A stretch of 64,000 nt of DNA from Candidatus Bathyarchaeia archaeon (GTDB taxonomy: Archaea > Thermoproteota > Bathyarchaeia > Bathyarchaeales > Bathycorpusculaceae). Made by a program: the position numbers and the translations under genes. The stretch covers positions 1 through 64,000 of the forward strand of contig JBEKTQ010000023.1 in assembly GCA_049515895.1 (NCBI GenBank), written 5' to 3'. The notes beneath the pieces are model-generated. The model worked only from the letters and a program-made list of their open reading frames with translations, was not told the DNA's origin and ran no database searches. Positions 1 to 10,207 of this stretch are shown here, one piece after another; the stretch's first letter is position 1; each line of letters starts with the position of its first letter.

Positions 1-66
1 GGTATCGCGGCTTGCCGCGCCCTTCTTCGGCTCTCAAGCCGAGCCATCCTCCAGACAGCGTGGCAT
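1..66 (-). rRNA. rrl: 23S rRNA, 5' end only (continues past the left edge)
   Basis: Reverse complement reads CTGGAGGATGGCTCGGCTTGAGAGCCGAAGAAGGGCGCGGCAAGCCGCGATACC, matching the conserved 5' region of archaeal 23S rRNA; exact 5' end approximate. Confidence 0.9.
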
Positions 67-300
67 GTTTCGGGCCATAGGTGGTGTTTGTTTGGCGTTT
101 GGTGAAAACACTTATCGTATATATTTCGTGTTGTTGCGTCGTTGCTTCTTCTTGTTTGGCCTATGCATGGTGTCATTTTGATCTTCGCGCGTGTCTTGGC
201 GAAGCCAATCACCCTTCACTCCACATCGATGAAGATGGGGAGTTGCATCTTGCTAATGGTATAACCCATGTTGCTAAGTTCAGTTAAAAGCGGCTCTCGC

Positions 301-310
301 AAATATAAGG
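301..310 (-). promoter_or_regulatory. Probable TATA box of the 23S rRNA transcript
   Basis: Minus strand CCTTATATTT about 240 nt upstream of the 23S 5' end; the leader between has hairpin-forming segments. Confidence 0.45.
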
Positions 311-590
311 ATTGTGATACATGCAGATAAGGTTTGTTGAAAGCTGTTTTGGCGCTCCGCGGCGGATTTTAGTGTTTGTTTGCATGCTTTTCACGTTCGC
401 TTAGTCCTTGGGTTTGTTGCCGGCTTAGACGTCGGGAAGATAGGTTAGGCGCAGTTTGCAGATATAAGGTTGGCGGCGCTGCTGAAACAGAAATAGATTT
501 TTTTGTTCCAAACGAGACACTGCGCCGAGCCATTTTTGTTGGGGTTGTTTTGGGTTGCTTTCTTGGTTTGGGACTTGAATCGGTTGCAAC

Positions 591-670
591 TGTCATCTAG
601 AAACATCTGTAAACATCTATAAAGATCTAGATTAATTAGAAACATCTAAAAAGATCTGAAAAAATCGCAA
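591..670. repeat. Imperfect 10-bp tandem array, consensus AAACATCTAN, about 8 units
   Basis: tgtcatctag/aaacatctgt/aaacatctat/aaagatctag/attaattag/aaacatctaa/aaagatctga/aaaaatcgca. Confidence 0.85.
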
Positions 671-788
671 AGGAAATATTTGTCGAGAAGAGTGAGGCGC
701 AGGTTTTTGCGGTTTTTTGTCGCGGAAATTTGTCCTTTGTGTTTTGGGTTGCTTCCTTGAAATAGAGCTTGGATTGGTTGCAGGTTGC

Positions 789-888
789 GTCAACTAAAGT
801 CAACTATCGTCTGCTAAAGTCAACTAAAGTCAATAGAAGTCAATAGAAGTCTGAAAAAGTCAATAAACGTCTTAAAAAGTCAAAGCTA
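789..888. repeat. Imperfect 10-bp tandem array, consensus GTCAACTAAA, 10 units
   Basis: gtcaactaaa/gtcaactatc/gtctgctaaa/gtcaactaaa/gtcaatagaa/gtcaatagaa/gtctgaaaaa/gtcaataaac/gtcttaaaaa/gtcaaagcta. Confidence 0.9.
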
Positions 889-1097
889 ATGAGAGGATTA
901 GCGACGTAAGGCGATGGAAAATTTTCGAATTCTCCCCAAATCTCCCCAAAACCTCAGATTCTTTCTGGCCCATCCGACTAATGCGAAGTGAAATGTTTGG
1001 CGCGACTCGAAAGGGAAAATTTTTCGCCTTCGTAAAGTCTAATTACTTGCCTGCCAACTATTCTTTTGATTTGCGGCTTAGCGGGCTGAGTGTTGAT

Positions 1098-2054
1098 TTG
1101 GGCGTACTCAAATTCGGCGTGTTCCTTCCATTTTACGCGTTCCCGAAAGATCAAAGAGAACCTTTCAACCTAATCCGAAACACAGTTTTGGAGTGCGAAA
1201 CTCTTGGGTATCACTCAGTTTGGCTTGACGACCATTTAATGCAAGATTACTGGCCAATCCTTGAGCCCTGGACAACGCTCTCCGCACTGTCGTCAATAAC
1301 CAGCAAGATACGGCTTGGAACCATGGTATCCTGCATTATGCATAGGAACCCCATGTTGCTGGCGAAGATGAGCGCCTCGATTGATGTGGTTTCAAACGGC
1401 AGATTGGAATTTGGAGTTGGTGCGGGAATCGGGCGGACTGAGCATGCAGCTTACGGGTTTGATTTTTTTAAGCCAACGGTAAGGATTGAACGTTTAGTTG
1501 AGTCCTTGGAAGTGATAAAGCGTCTGTGGACGCATGATAAGTCGAACTTCCAGGGAAAATATTACAGCCTAAAAGATGCAGTTTGTGAGCCAAAACCCGT
1601 GCAAAAACCTTATCCACCCATAATTGTTGGGGGCAGCGGAGAAATGTTGCTGCGGAAAGCGACTGCGCCCTTTGCTGACAGATTAGATTTCGGCTTCTTA
1701 CCGACCATTGAATTGTACAGAAAAAAGCTTGAGATTTTAGAGAAGAAGTGTGGGATGATTGGTCGAAGTTTCGGGGAGATTGAAAAATCCTGTTGGCCTG
1801 GCGGACAAGTGCTGATTGCCGAGACCGAAGGGCAGCTGCGAGAAAAAATTGCTCAGAAAAATGTTTTGGCTTTACGCGAGGAAGAGTTTAAGCAGGTTAA
1901 TTTGGCGGGTACCCCAGCTCAGATTAGGGAGAAGTTGCAGGTTTACCTTGATTTGGGGGTCTCTTGCTTTATGCTTTATTTTGCTGATTTACCTCGGGTT
2001 GAAGGGCTACGGCTTTTTGCCGAATCCGTTATGGATCCTATCCGCGGCGGTTAG
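1098..2054 (+). CDS. LLM-class (luciferase-like, possibly F420-dependent) oxidoreductase
   Basis: KFGVFLP, GYHSVWLDDH, LAKMSASIDVVSNGRLEFGVGAG, PKPVQKPYPPIIVGGSGE; likely TTG start at 1098 rather than 981. Confidence 0.9.
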   Translation: MGVLKFGVFLPFYAFPKDQREPFNLIRNTVLECETLGYHSVWLDDHLMQDYWPILEPWTTLSALSSITSKIRLGTMVSCIMHRNPMLLAKMSASIDVVSNGRLEFGVGAGIGRTEHAAYGFDFFKPTVRIERLVESLEVIKRLWTHDKSNFQGKYYSLKDAVCEPKPVQKPYPPIIVGGSGEMLLRKATAPFADRLDFGFLPTIELYRKKLEILEKKCGMIGRSFGEIEKSCWPGGQVLIAETEGQLREKIAQKNVLALREEEFKQVNLAGTPAQIREKLQVYLDLGVSCFMLYFADLPRVEGLRLFAESVMDPIRGG

Positions 2055-2380
2055 AGGTCGCCTCTGGCGATGTGCGATAGCTCGTGGAGAATGATTTCGT
2101 CCATTCTATGGAAGGTTTTTTCCCTGATGAGGATGATGTATTGTGCATCTGCTTCTTCGTCGTTAGAGTTAAAAACGCAGGCGTCAGTGCCTTTGGTTGA
2201 CAAGACTGTGCCCCACTCCTCAATTTCCCGCAAGTCATCCTCAAAGCAACGACGCTGCTTGATAGCAATGTCAAAGTTTTCATCGCTAAGTCTGAGCGCC
2301 TTAATTTTAGGCATCGGCTTGCTGGACAGAGTTTTCCACGCTTTAATTAGCTTGCTTCCGTGTATGCGTTTAGCTTTCAT
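2051..2380 (-). CDS. Small hypothetical protein with C-terminal HExxH zincin motif
   Basis: ILHELSHIARG preceded by a YIILIRE beta-strand; start ATG 2380 or 2416. Confidence 0.6.
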   Translation of the reverse strand: MKAKRIHGSKLIKAWKTLSSKPMPKIKALRLSDENFDIAIKQRRCFEDDLREIEEWGTVLSTKGTDACVFNSNDEEADAQYIILIREKTFHRMDEIILHELSHIARGDL

Positions 2381-2571
2381 TTCCACGCCTTTAACCATAA
2401 CCATCAAAACACGCAACCCGCTCTGCCTTCACAAAACCACATGCGCAAGGCAAAAGCTAATAAAAAAAATACCGTTTTTTGGCGTAAAAATATTTGCGGT
2501 AGTTACGCTACTACCACAACACACCCATGAAGAGATGGTTTGCCCCAGGTTTCTAGCTCCTTCATTTTGAT

Positions 2572-4200
2572 TTATTCTGACGGAGTCGGCGTATATCTGC
2601 TGAGGTAACCTTTTGAGATTTTAGGTTTCCTTGGCTTCCACGCGGCTAACCGTTCCTTAAGCTCCTTATCTGACAACTCAACACGCAAGACCCGGTTTGG
2701 GATATCGATGGTTATTGTGTCGCCGTTCTTGAGTGCGGCGATTGGTCCGCCGTCGAAGGCTTCAGGCGCAACGTGCCCAATGCACGGTCCACGCGTGGCT
2801 CCTGAGAACCTGCCGTCCGTTATGAGCGCTACGCTTTCGCTTAAGCCCATTCCCGCAATTGTCGCCGTTGGAATTAGCATTTCAGGCATTCCAGGCCCGC
2901 CTCTGGGACCTTCATAGCGAATGACTACAATATCGCCTGCCACAACTTCGTGGCGTTTCATGGCTTCCTCCGCCAAACGCTCTGAATCGTAAACTTTCGC
3001 TGGACCCGAAATCTTCATGATTTTAGGCGAAACGGCTGCTGCTTTTACCACTGCCCCTTGAGGCGCCAAGTTGCCTCGCAGGATAGCTATGCCGCCTTCT
3101 TTGTGAACAGGGTTGTTCAACGGGCGGATAACGTCAGCGTTGACCACCTTCGCGTCTGCAACATTTTCGCCCACTGTTTTGCCCGTTACGGTCAGGGCGT
3201 CAAAGTGTACAAACGGCTTAAGCTCTTTTATCAGTGCGGGCAAGCCGCCTGCATTGCCTAGGTCTGCCATGTCGTAGATCCCGCTGGGAACCATGCTGCA
3301 CAGGTGCGGGACTTTGCGTCCGATTTCGTCGTAGGTTGAAAGGTTAAGTTTAGCCCCCGCTTCATTCGCAATTGCCGAGAGATGCAGAACTGTGTTGGTT
3401 GAACCGCCAAGAGCCATGTCAACTGCTGTGGCATTATCAAAAGCTTTCTGAGTCATAATCTGCGAGGGTAAAATGTTGCGTTTAACCAACTCAACGATTT
3501 TTTCGCCGGTTTCTTTGGCTATTCTCTGCTTAAAGGCACCGTTCGCCAACGCGGTTGCGCAGTATGGCAGAGACATGCCTAAGGCTTCAGTCATGCATGC
3601 CATAGTGTTCGCGGTGAACATGCCGTTGCAGGAGCCGCAGCCTGGACAAGCGACGTTTTCCAGCGCCGCTGATTCCGCGGGGGTCATTTTGCCTGCGAAG
3701 ACTTTGCCGACGGCTTCGAAAACGTTGTTAACGCCGACTTTCTGTCCCTCCAAAATGCCTGACTCCATTGGTCCGCCCGTGACTGCTATTGCGGGAACGT
3801 TAATTCTTGCCGCCGCCATTAGCATGCCTGGAGTGATTTTGTCGCAGTTTGAAATTGTTACCAAACCGTCTAGGCGGTGTGCCTGCATCATGATTTCCAC
3901 TGAGTCAGCGATTAACTCGCGGCTTGGAAGGCTGTACCGCATACCTTCGTGTCCCATTGCTATACCGTCGCATACGGCTATCGTGTTGAATTCAAACGGG
4001 GTTCCGCCTGCCTCGAGGATGCCTTCTTTCACGGCTTCGCCGAGTGCTCGTAGGTGAACATGTCCTGGAACGATTGATGTGTAGCTGTTAGCTATTCCAA
4101 TGAACGGTTTAGCAATGTCTTGGTCTGTTAAGCCTAGACTTTTGAGCAGGGCTCTATGTGGTGCTCGTTCAGGTCCAAGTTTTATTTCGTCGCTTCTCAT
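2572..4200 (-). CDS. ilvD: Dihydroxy-acid dehydratase
   Basis: [53 protein letters not shown]. Confidence 0.97.
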   Translation of the reverse strand: MRSDEIKLGPERAPHRALLKSLGLTDQDIAKPFIGIANSYTSIVPGHVHLRALGEAVKEGILEAGGTPFEFNTIAVCDGIAMGHEGMRYSLPSRELIADSVEIMMQAHRLDGLVTISNCDKITPGMLMAAARINVPAIAVTGGPMESGILEGQKVGVNNVFEAVGKVFAGKMTPAESAALENVACPGCGSCNGMFTANTMACMTEALGMSLPYCATALANGAFKQRIAKETGEKIVELVKRNILPSQIMTQKAFDNATAVDMALGGSTNTVLHLSAIANEAGAKLNLSTYDEIGRKVPHLCSMVPSGIYDMADLGNAGGLPALIKELKPFVHFDALTVTGKTVGENVADAKVVNADVIRPLNNPVHKEGGIAILRGNLAPQGAVVKAAAVSPKIMKISGPAKVYDSERLAEEAMKRHEVVAGDIVVIRYEGPRGGPGMPEMLIPTATIAGMGLSESVALITDGRFSGATRGPCIGHVAPEAFDGGPIAALKNGDTITIDIPNRVLRVELSDKELKERLAAWKPRKPKISKGYLSRYTPTPSE

Positions 4201-4288
4201 AATATTTCACTTCGTGCAGGATAGAGTCACCAATAATTTTATATTTAAGGTTGACGCTCAAAAAATAGAATGTGACTTAGAATGGGGT

Positions 4289-5800
4289 ATTACTTTATTT
4301 AACCGCTTCCCTGAGCATGTTAAGTTTTTAGACACCACCCTAAGAGACGGGGAACAAACACCCGGAGTATCACTTGTCCCTGAAAGCAAGTTGAGAATAG
4401 CGCGGAGGCTAGACGAGCTCGGCGTAGATGTTATAGAAGCTGGGTTTGCAGCCGTTTCCGAAGGGGAAATGGAAGCCGTCAGCCTAATCGCCAAGCAGGG
4501 GCTGAGGGCGCAAATCTCAAGTGCGGCAAGAGGAACAAAAAACGACATTGACGCCGTAGTGAAAAGCGGTGTATCAACAATAAGCATGATTATCCCCACA
4601 TCTGACCTGCATATCGAGTGTAAACTGCACAAGACACGACAACAAATACTTGACGCCACCAGAGAATGCGTCGGGTACGCGAAAAATCAAGGCTTAGTCG
4701 TAGAGTTTTTAGCTGAAGACGCCACGCGATCAGACTTCGAATACCTAACAAAGGCTTTCTCAGTGGCGGTTGACGCAGGGGCGGACAGGGTTACTGCATG
4801 CGACACTGTGGGCATTTTGACTCCGGAGAGGTCAGCAGAGTTATTCTCTAAACTCAAAGAAAAAATAAAGGTTCCATTAGGCGTTCATTGCCACAACGAC
4901 TTCGGCATGGCTGTCGCCAATACCATTGCTGCGCTAGGCGCTGGGGCTGAAGAAGCACATGCAACCATAAATGGGCTCGGTGAACGCGCGGGAAATGCTT
5001 CGCTTGAAGAAATAGTTCTCTCGTTGCGGTCGCTCTATAAGCTGGATCTGAACATTAAAACTGAATTGATCTACGGGACATCCCAGCTTGTTTCTAGGTT
5101 AACCGGCGTTCACGTGCAACCGAACAAGGCGATTGTCGGCGAAAACGCTTTCACTCACGAGTCAGGAATTCACACACAGGGAATGCTTGCGAACCCGTTG
5201 ACCTACGAGCCGATTGCTCCTGAACTGGTTGGTGCAACCCGACGCATTTCCGCTGGGAAACATTCGGGAACGCATGCAGTTAAGGCAGCCTTGGAAAACA
5301 TGGGTCTGGGACCTTCAGAAGGGCAGTTTAAAGAGATTTTCCAACGAATCAAAAGCTTAGGTGACAAAGGCAAGACAGTGATGGATGCAGATGTCCTAGC
5401 AATAGCGGAGAACGTTATGGGTTTAAGCAAAGAAAAGCCGATTCAACTTGAGGAAATGACTTTTGTTGGCGGCGACAAAGTTACAGCGACAGCGTCGGTC
5501 AGGCTGAGGTTAAACGGCAAGGACGTTTGGGGCACAGCCGTCGGCGTCGGCCCAGTAGATGCCGCTATAAACGCAGTCAAAAACGCCATTGAGGAGGTTG
5601 AACCGATCACACTGGAGCAATACATGGTTAAAGCTATCACAGGCGGCACAGACGCGATGGTTGAAGTGGTCGTGCGAATGCGTAAAGGAAACAGGACAGT
5701 GACGGCTATGGGAGTGCGAGAAGACATCGTTAAGGCCAGCATGGAAGCTGTACTTAGCGCTATGAACGTGCTGACAACGGATTACAATAACAAAAAATAA
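4289..5800 (+). CDS. (R)-citramalate synthase / 2-isopropylmalate synthase family
   Basis: DTTLRDGEQTPG, HCHNDFG, NGLGERAGNA, HESGIH, C-terminal allosteric domain (GPVDAA); start uncertain (see findings). Confidence 0.92.
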   Translation: MTLFNRFPEHVKFLDTTLRDGEQTPGVSLVPESKLRIARRLDELGVDVIEAGFAAVSEGEMEAVSLIAKQGLRAQISSAARGTKNDIDAVVKSGVSTISMIIPTSDLHIECKLHKTRQQILDATRECVGYAKNQGLVVEFLAEDATRSDFEYLTKAFSVAVDAGADRVTACDTVGILTPERSAELFSKLKEKIKVPLGVHCHNDFGMAVANTIAALGAGAEEAHATINGLGERAGNASLEEIVLSLRSLYKLDLNIKTELIYGTSQLVSRLTGVHVQPNKAIVGENAFTHESGIHTQGMLANPLTYEPIAPELVGATRRISAGKHSGTHAVKAALENMGLGPSEGQFKEIFQRIKSLGDKGKTVMDADVLAIAENVMGLSKEKPIQLEEMTFVGGDKVTATASVRLRLNGKDVWGTAVGVGPVDAAINAVKNAIEEVEPITLEQYMVKAITGGTDAMVEVVVRMRKGNRTVTAMGVREDIVKASMEAVLSAMNVLTTDYNNKK

Positions 5801-5876
5801 GTTCAGTCCCGGATTTCTTAACATTTTCTTTTGTTGTCATTGACTTTCAATATTTTTTCAGCTGTTCTTTAGACCG

Positions 5877-6650
5877 CTATGCGCTTATTTTAGGTGGTGG
5901 ACGCACACGTCGCCTACCAAGTTTCACACGCAACGCTATACGATAGAGTTTTCGCAAGGATTTCACCAGATGCTCCACTGTAGGCGCTGTTGAGTAGATC
6001 AGCGGTATCTGCTCGTACTCAGCTATGCGTATGGCCTCAGCATCCGGCGGTGTTTTATGAAAAACTACAAGCCGTGGCTTGAGACTGCTAACTCGAACGA
6101 TCATCATAGGCAAGGAGCCTTCTTCGACGTTGGTGAAAACTAGCGCTCGATCGGTCGTTGATCCGAAAAGCTGCGAGTACTCCAAGCCGGAATACGCTTC
6201 AACGGCTTTTCGGCTGTCGATCACCGTGTATCCGTTAACTTCTTTAACGTATTTTTCCTTGCAAGCCACTATTTCGCCGCCAATAGCCTTGCATAAATAC
6301 TCAACCCGAACAGGAATGGGGAACTCACGTAAATCGACAACAGCCATGCTTGGCGAGCTTGTTAGTTTTGCAAATTCTCTTATGAAGCGGCTACCTTTTC
6401 CTTCGTCAATGTGTAAGAGCGAAAGCACAAATCTTCGGATAAATTTTGCACCTGGGCTCTTGCGTCGTCCACTTTCATAATCACTTATTACCCCTGAAGA
6501 TGACAACCCCATTGTCTCTGAAAGTGTTATTTGGGAAACCGCGAAAAGCTCACGCCATTTTCGCATTGTAGCGCCTGGTTTGCCTGAAAGGATTATTTCT
6601 CCAGCAATCCTTCTTGCTAAAACTTCCCTCAGACTAGGCGATACCGACAT
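5877..6650 (-). CDS. Archaeal XRE-type HTH transcriptional regulator (COG1709-like)
   Basis: IAGEIILS..PGATMRKWRE.F.VSQ, ISDYESGRRKSPG, RALVFTNV. Confidence 0.85.
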   Translation of the reverse strand: MSVSPSLREVLARRIAGEIILSGKPGATMRKWRELFAVSQITLSETMGLSSSGVISDYESGRRKSPGAKFIRRFVLSLLHIDEGKGSRFIREFAKLTSSPSMAVVDLREFPIPVRVEYLCKAIGGEIVACKEKYVKEVNGYTVIDSRKAVEAYSGLEYSQLFGSTTDRALVFTNVEEGSLPMMIVRVSSLKPRLVVFHKTPPDAEAIRIAEYEQIPLIYSTAPTVEHLVKSLRKLYRIALRVKLGRRRVRPPPKISA

Positions 6651-6736
6651 GAATCAAAGCTCCAGCTTGCAGTCTTTCCTTAAGGGTTGAGGTATAAAAC
6701 TATAGCGCTTTTTCAAATTGCGGATCCGCGCATGAC

Positions 6737-7630
6737 CTAAAGTATGAAGATTAGGAAGATGCCAGCTACAATGGCGATTGCTCCCAGAACTGCTTTGATT
6801 GTCATTTTTTCATGGAAAAGCATAAAGCCGGCAATTGCCGCGAAAAGAGGCGATGTGGAAGATATAGGTACTGCTCGAGTTAGTGACGTGCTTAGGAAAC
6901 TGTAGTTCATCAAGAACCACCCGACGCCGTTAGCCACTAGCCCCCCGACGCATAACGCCGCTACCGTGCTTCGCTTCATCTTCACAAAACCATGTTCTTT
7001 GTCAAGGAAAGGCGAAAGCAGTAAGAAGAAAAAAGCAACTGATGCTATCCTTAAAGTTAAATTGGCGTAGTTGGCACTAAGGCCGGTTACGCTTGATACA
7101 GCAACATTCATCATGCTGATGCTGACCGACCAGATGACCGCCGTTACCAAACTCACGGCGAGACCAATTAAAACCAATTTGCCTTTAACACCTGTATCCT
7201 CAAAACTTCTCTCTCTGCTCAACAGCCAGATTCCGAAGATGATTACAACAGACCCGAGAACAGCCGCCAGAGTCAAAGGTTGATTCAGTAGAAAAGTCGC
7301 CCAGATCAGACTGAACAGGGGATAAGTAGCTGCCAAAGGGACCGCACGCGACACACCTACGTACTTGAGGCCAATCATGTAGAACGTGTCCCCGACGCCC
7401 AGACCGATTATACCGCTAGCAACAACTAAGACGATGGTTCTCTCCGGCAACGCGGCTAAAGTACCCGCTAAACCAAAAAACAGCAGAACAGCAACCAGCA
7501 CACCAGCATTTGTTGCACAACGAACAATGTTTGCAGAAAGGGGCTTAGCGTTTAGCAAAGCTTTCCTGTAAAGTATTGGTGCTACAGCCCAGCTTAAGGA
7601 GGCACCTAAAGCAGCAAGTTCTCCAATCAT
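6737..7630 (-). CDS. DMT/EamA family transporter
   Basis: About 10 hydrophobic helices in two repeats; GVSRAVPLAATYPLF. Confidence 0.88.
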   Translation of the reverse strand: MIGELAALGASLSWAVAPILYRKALLNAKPLSANIVRCATNAGVLVAVLLFFGLAGTLAALPERTIVLVVASGIIGLGVGDTFYMIGLKYVGVSRAVPLAATYPLFSLIWATFLLNQPLTLAAVLGSVVIIFGIWLLSRERSFEDTGVKGKLVLIGLAVSLVTAVIWSVSISMMNVAVSSVTGLSANYANLTLRIASVAFFFLLLSPFLDKEHGFVKMKRSTVAALCVGGLVANGVGWFLMNYSFLSTSLTRAVPISSTSPLFAAIAGFMLFHEKMTIKAVLGAIAIVAGIFLIFIL

Positions 7631-7857
7631 TGACCCAAGTAACCGTGGAAACCTACTATTGGTCCTTCGATGTTATGAACATTCGTTTCGTTTTAAAGAG
7701 ATTAACTTATGAAGGAAGTGTTTTTTGGGGAAAAACAGGGATCACCCAATTGCCATTTTAGAGCTAGCTCACATGTTAAGACGGAATTGCATTTATTAGG
7801 AAGTTTAGCTTAATAATGGGTACTTCCGCAATGAACAATAAAAAGGAGTGATATTAA

Positions 7858-8145
7858 ATGCAGGAAAAATCAAGTGATGTCGTATTCGTTGGAAACAAAC
7901 CACCAATGAGCTATGTGCTCGCTCTCATAACAGCTTTCTCCAGCGGGCAAAAAGAAATAACTTTGAAAGCCAGAGGACAGGCAATAACTACCGCTGTTGA
8001 CGTTGCAGAAATAACAAGAAGCCGGTTCATAAAAGACATTAAAGTCAGCAAGATAGCGATTGGAACAGCCGAGATGCCACCCAGAGAGGGCGAAAACAGG
8101 TCTAGGATGGTTTCCACGATCGAAATAAGCATGGCAAAAGAGTAA
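7858..8145 (+). CDS. albA: DNA/RNA-binding protein Alba
   Basis: VFVGNKPPMSYVLA, KARGQAITTAVDVAE, VSTIEI; RBS GGAG. Confidence 0.95.
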   Translation: MQEKSSDVVFVGNKPPMSYVLALITAFSSGQKEITLKARGQAITTAVDVAEITRSRFIKDIKVSKIAIGTAEMPPREGENRSRMVSTIEISMAKE

Positions 8146-8273
8146 ACCACGCGACCAACAAAACACAAAAATGGGAGTTTTTTACGCTCTCAACCTTTTT
8201 ACATTAAGTTGTTTATCCAGCATTTGTTCCTTTAAGCAAATCGAACCTTCAGGGAACGAGAAAAATCAAGAAC

Positions 8274-9122
8274 TTATTTTCCTTTCAAGTAAGCTGCCAC
8301 TTTCTCAACGATTTGCGTGAAAGCCTTCGTTGCGGCGGAGTCTTTTTGTGCTACAATGAAAGGTTGTCCCTTATCTGAATCCACGCCGATTTTTGGGTCA
8401 ATCGGGATGCTGCCGAGGAATGGGACACCAGCTTCTTTAGCCATTTTTTCACCGCCCCCAGACTCAAAAATCTCGGTTTTCTGTCCACAATGAGGGCAAA
8501 TGAATCCGCTCATATTCTCCACAACACCGATTATAGGCATTTTTAACGTCTCGGCGAAGGTGATTGCCTTCTTGACCACTGAACTTGACAGCCCCGTAGG
8601 CATAGTTACAATGACTACGCCGTCGATTTCGGGCAGAAGCTGGGCTATGCTTAGAGGTTCGTCGCCCGTTCCAGGCGGCAAGTCGATGAATAAGAAGTCA
8701 AGTTCTCCCCAAACGATATCGACCAGGAACTGCCTGATTGCCCGCATTTTTAGTGGTCCACGCCAAATGGTAGGTGCTTCTTCAGGCAGGAAGAAGTCAA
8801 TGGACATGACCTTCATGCCCAAAGGACCCTGAACTGGAAATGCGCCAGGGGGACCAGACTTGACAAGTTGTCCTTCTAAACCTAAAAGCTTAGGCACGCT
8901 TGGCCCGTGAATATCTGCATCCAAAACCCCAACCTTAAACCCTTTAACAGCAAACGCCATGGCAAGGTTAACGGTTACGGTGCTTTTTCCGACTCCACCT
9001 TTGCCGCTGATGACTGCGATTTTATGCTTGATTTTACCCATCCGCTCTTTCAGTTTAAGCTGCTCGTCCGTTTGCTGATGCTTGTATGCTTCAAGCTGCG
9101 CCATGTTTCTTTCTAAAGCCAT
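8274..9122 (-). CDS. Mrp/NBP35 Fe-S cluster carrier ATPase
   Basis: SGKGGVGKST, DADIHGPS, IDLPPGTGDE, ENMSGFICPHCG. Confidence 0.95.
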   Translation of the reverse strand: MALERNMAQLEAYKHQQTDEQLKLKERMGKIKHKIAVISGKGGVGKSTVTVNLAMAFAVKGFKVGVLDADIHGPSVPKLLGLEGQLVKSGPPGAFPVQGPLGMKVMSIDFFLPEEAPTIWRGPLKMRAIRQFLVDIVWGELDFLFIDLPPGTGDEPLSIAQLLPEIDGVVIVTMPTGLSSSVVKKAITFAETLKMPIIGVVENMSGFICPHCGQKTEIFESGGGEKMAKEAGVPFLGSIPIDPKIGVDSDKGQPFIVAQKDSAATKAFTQIVEKVAAYLKGK

Positions 9123-9232
9123 TAAAATACAGTCCTGAAATCTTGTTAAGGTTTGATTCTTAAGTAAACTAAAATAGTTTATGGTATCTTATTCAAGATA
9201 ATAGGGCTAAGTTGTTTCCTTGAGATGAAAAA

Positions 9233-10201
9233 ATGGTTGAACTTGAAGACATCATACAGGCACAAAAGAACATAGCATCCTACGCCAAGTTGACGCCACT
9301 TGTTCAGTCGAGATTTGCAAGCGAATTGGTACGTGGAAACGTTTTTCTTAAGCTGGAAAACCAACAGGTGACACATTCGTTTAAGGTCCGTGGAGTATTC
9401 AATAGGCTGCTGAGTTTGTCGTCCGAGGAAAGAGCGAAGGGGGTGGTTACGGCTTCTGCAGGCAATCACGGTCAAGCGGTGGCTTATGGCGCCCAAAAAC
9501 TTGGTTTTCAAGCAAAAATTGTTGTGCCTACCCGTGCTCCGCAAGTTAAAGTGGATGGGATAAGGCAGTACGGTGCTGAGCTCCTTCTACACGGTGACAC
9601 TTATGATGAGGCTGAAAAGAAAGCTAAGCAGCTAGCGGTTCAAGATGGACGGCTCTACATTTCCCCGTACAATGACGAGCTGATTGTGGCTGGACACGGA
9701 ACCGTCGGGTTGGAAATCCTAAAGGAACTGCCGAGCGTGGACGTGGTCATTGTTCCTGTTGGCGGTGGCGGATTAATAGGAGGCATCGCGATCGCAGTCA
9801 AAAGCCAAAAACCAACTGTTAAGGTTGTCGGGGTTCAATCGACGGCTTCACCTGTTATGTATGAGTCTCTTAAGGCTGGCAAGATTGTTCCGCCTCACAG
9901 GCATGAACGCTACACCATAGCTGAAGGACTCGTCGGGGCTGTAGAGAAAGGCTCAATCACATTTAGCATCGCGCAGCAATATGTTGACGAGGTGACGTTG
10001 GCAAGGGAAGAGTCGATTAGGCAGGCAGTTTACTTGATTTGGAAGAATGAAAAACAAATGGTAGAGGGCTCTGGTGCCTCAGGCGTTGCGTTGCTCCTGG
10101 AAAACAAGGATTCCTTTAGGGGTCAAACAGTAGCTGTGGTGATAAGCGGTGGAAACATCGACCCTTACCTTTTTAAAAGCATCGTTGCCGCTGAAGAATA
10201 G
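9233..10201 (+). CDS. ilvA: Threonine/serine dehydratase (PLP, short form)
   Basis: LKLENQQ..SFKVRG, ASAGNHGQ, PVGGGGLIGG, ISGGN. Confidence 0.9.
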   Translation: MVELEDIIQAQKNIASYAKLTPLVQSRFASELVRGNVFLKLENQQVTHSFKVRGVFNRLLSLSSEERAKGVVTASAGNHGQAVAYGAQKLGFQAKIVVPTRAPQVKVDGIRQYGAELLLHGDTYDEAEKKAKQLAVQDGRLYISPYNDELIVAGHGTVGLEILKELPSVDVVIVPVGGGGLIGGIAIAVKSQKPTVKVVGVQSTASPVMYESLKAGKIVPPHRHERYTIAEGLVGAVEKGSITFSIAQQYVDEVTLAREESIRQAVYLIWKNEKQMVEGSGASGVALLLENKDSFRGQTVAVVISGGNIDPYLFKSIVAAEE

Positions 10202-10207
10202 GCGCTG

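Noticed and set aside
81-645. Short ORFs in the rRNA leader and repeat region
   Set aside because: No motifs, mutually overlapping, explained by T/G-rich non-coding DNA
591-888. CRISPR array
   Set aside because: 10-bp units abut with no unique spacers; no cas genes in the window
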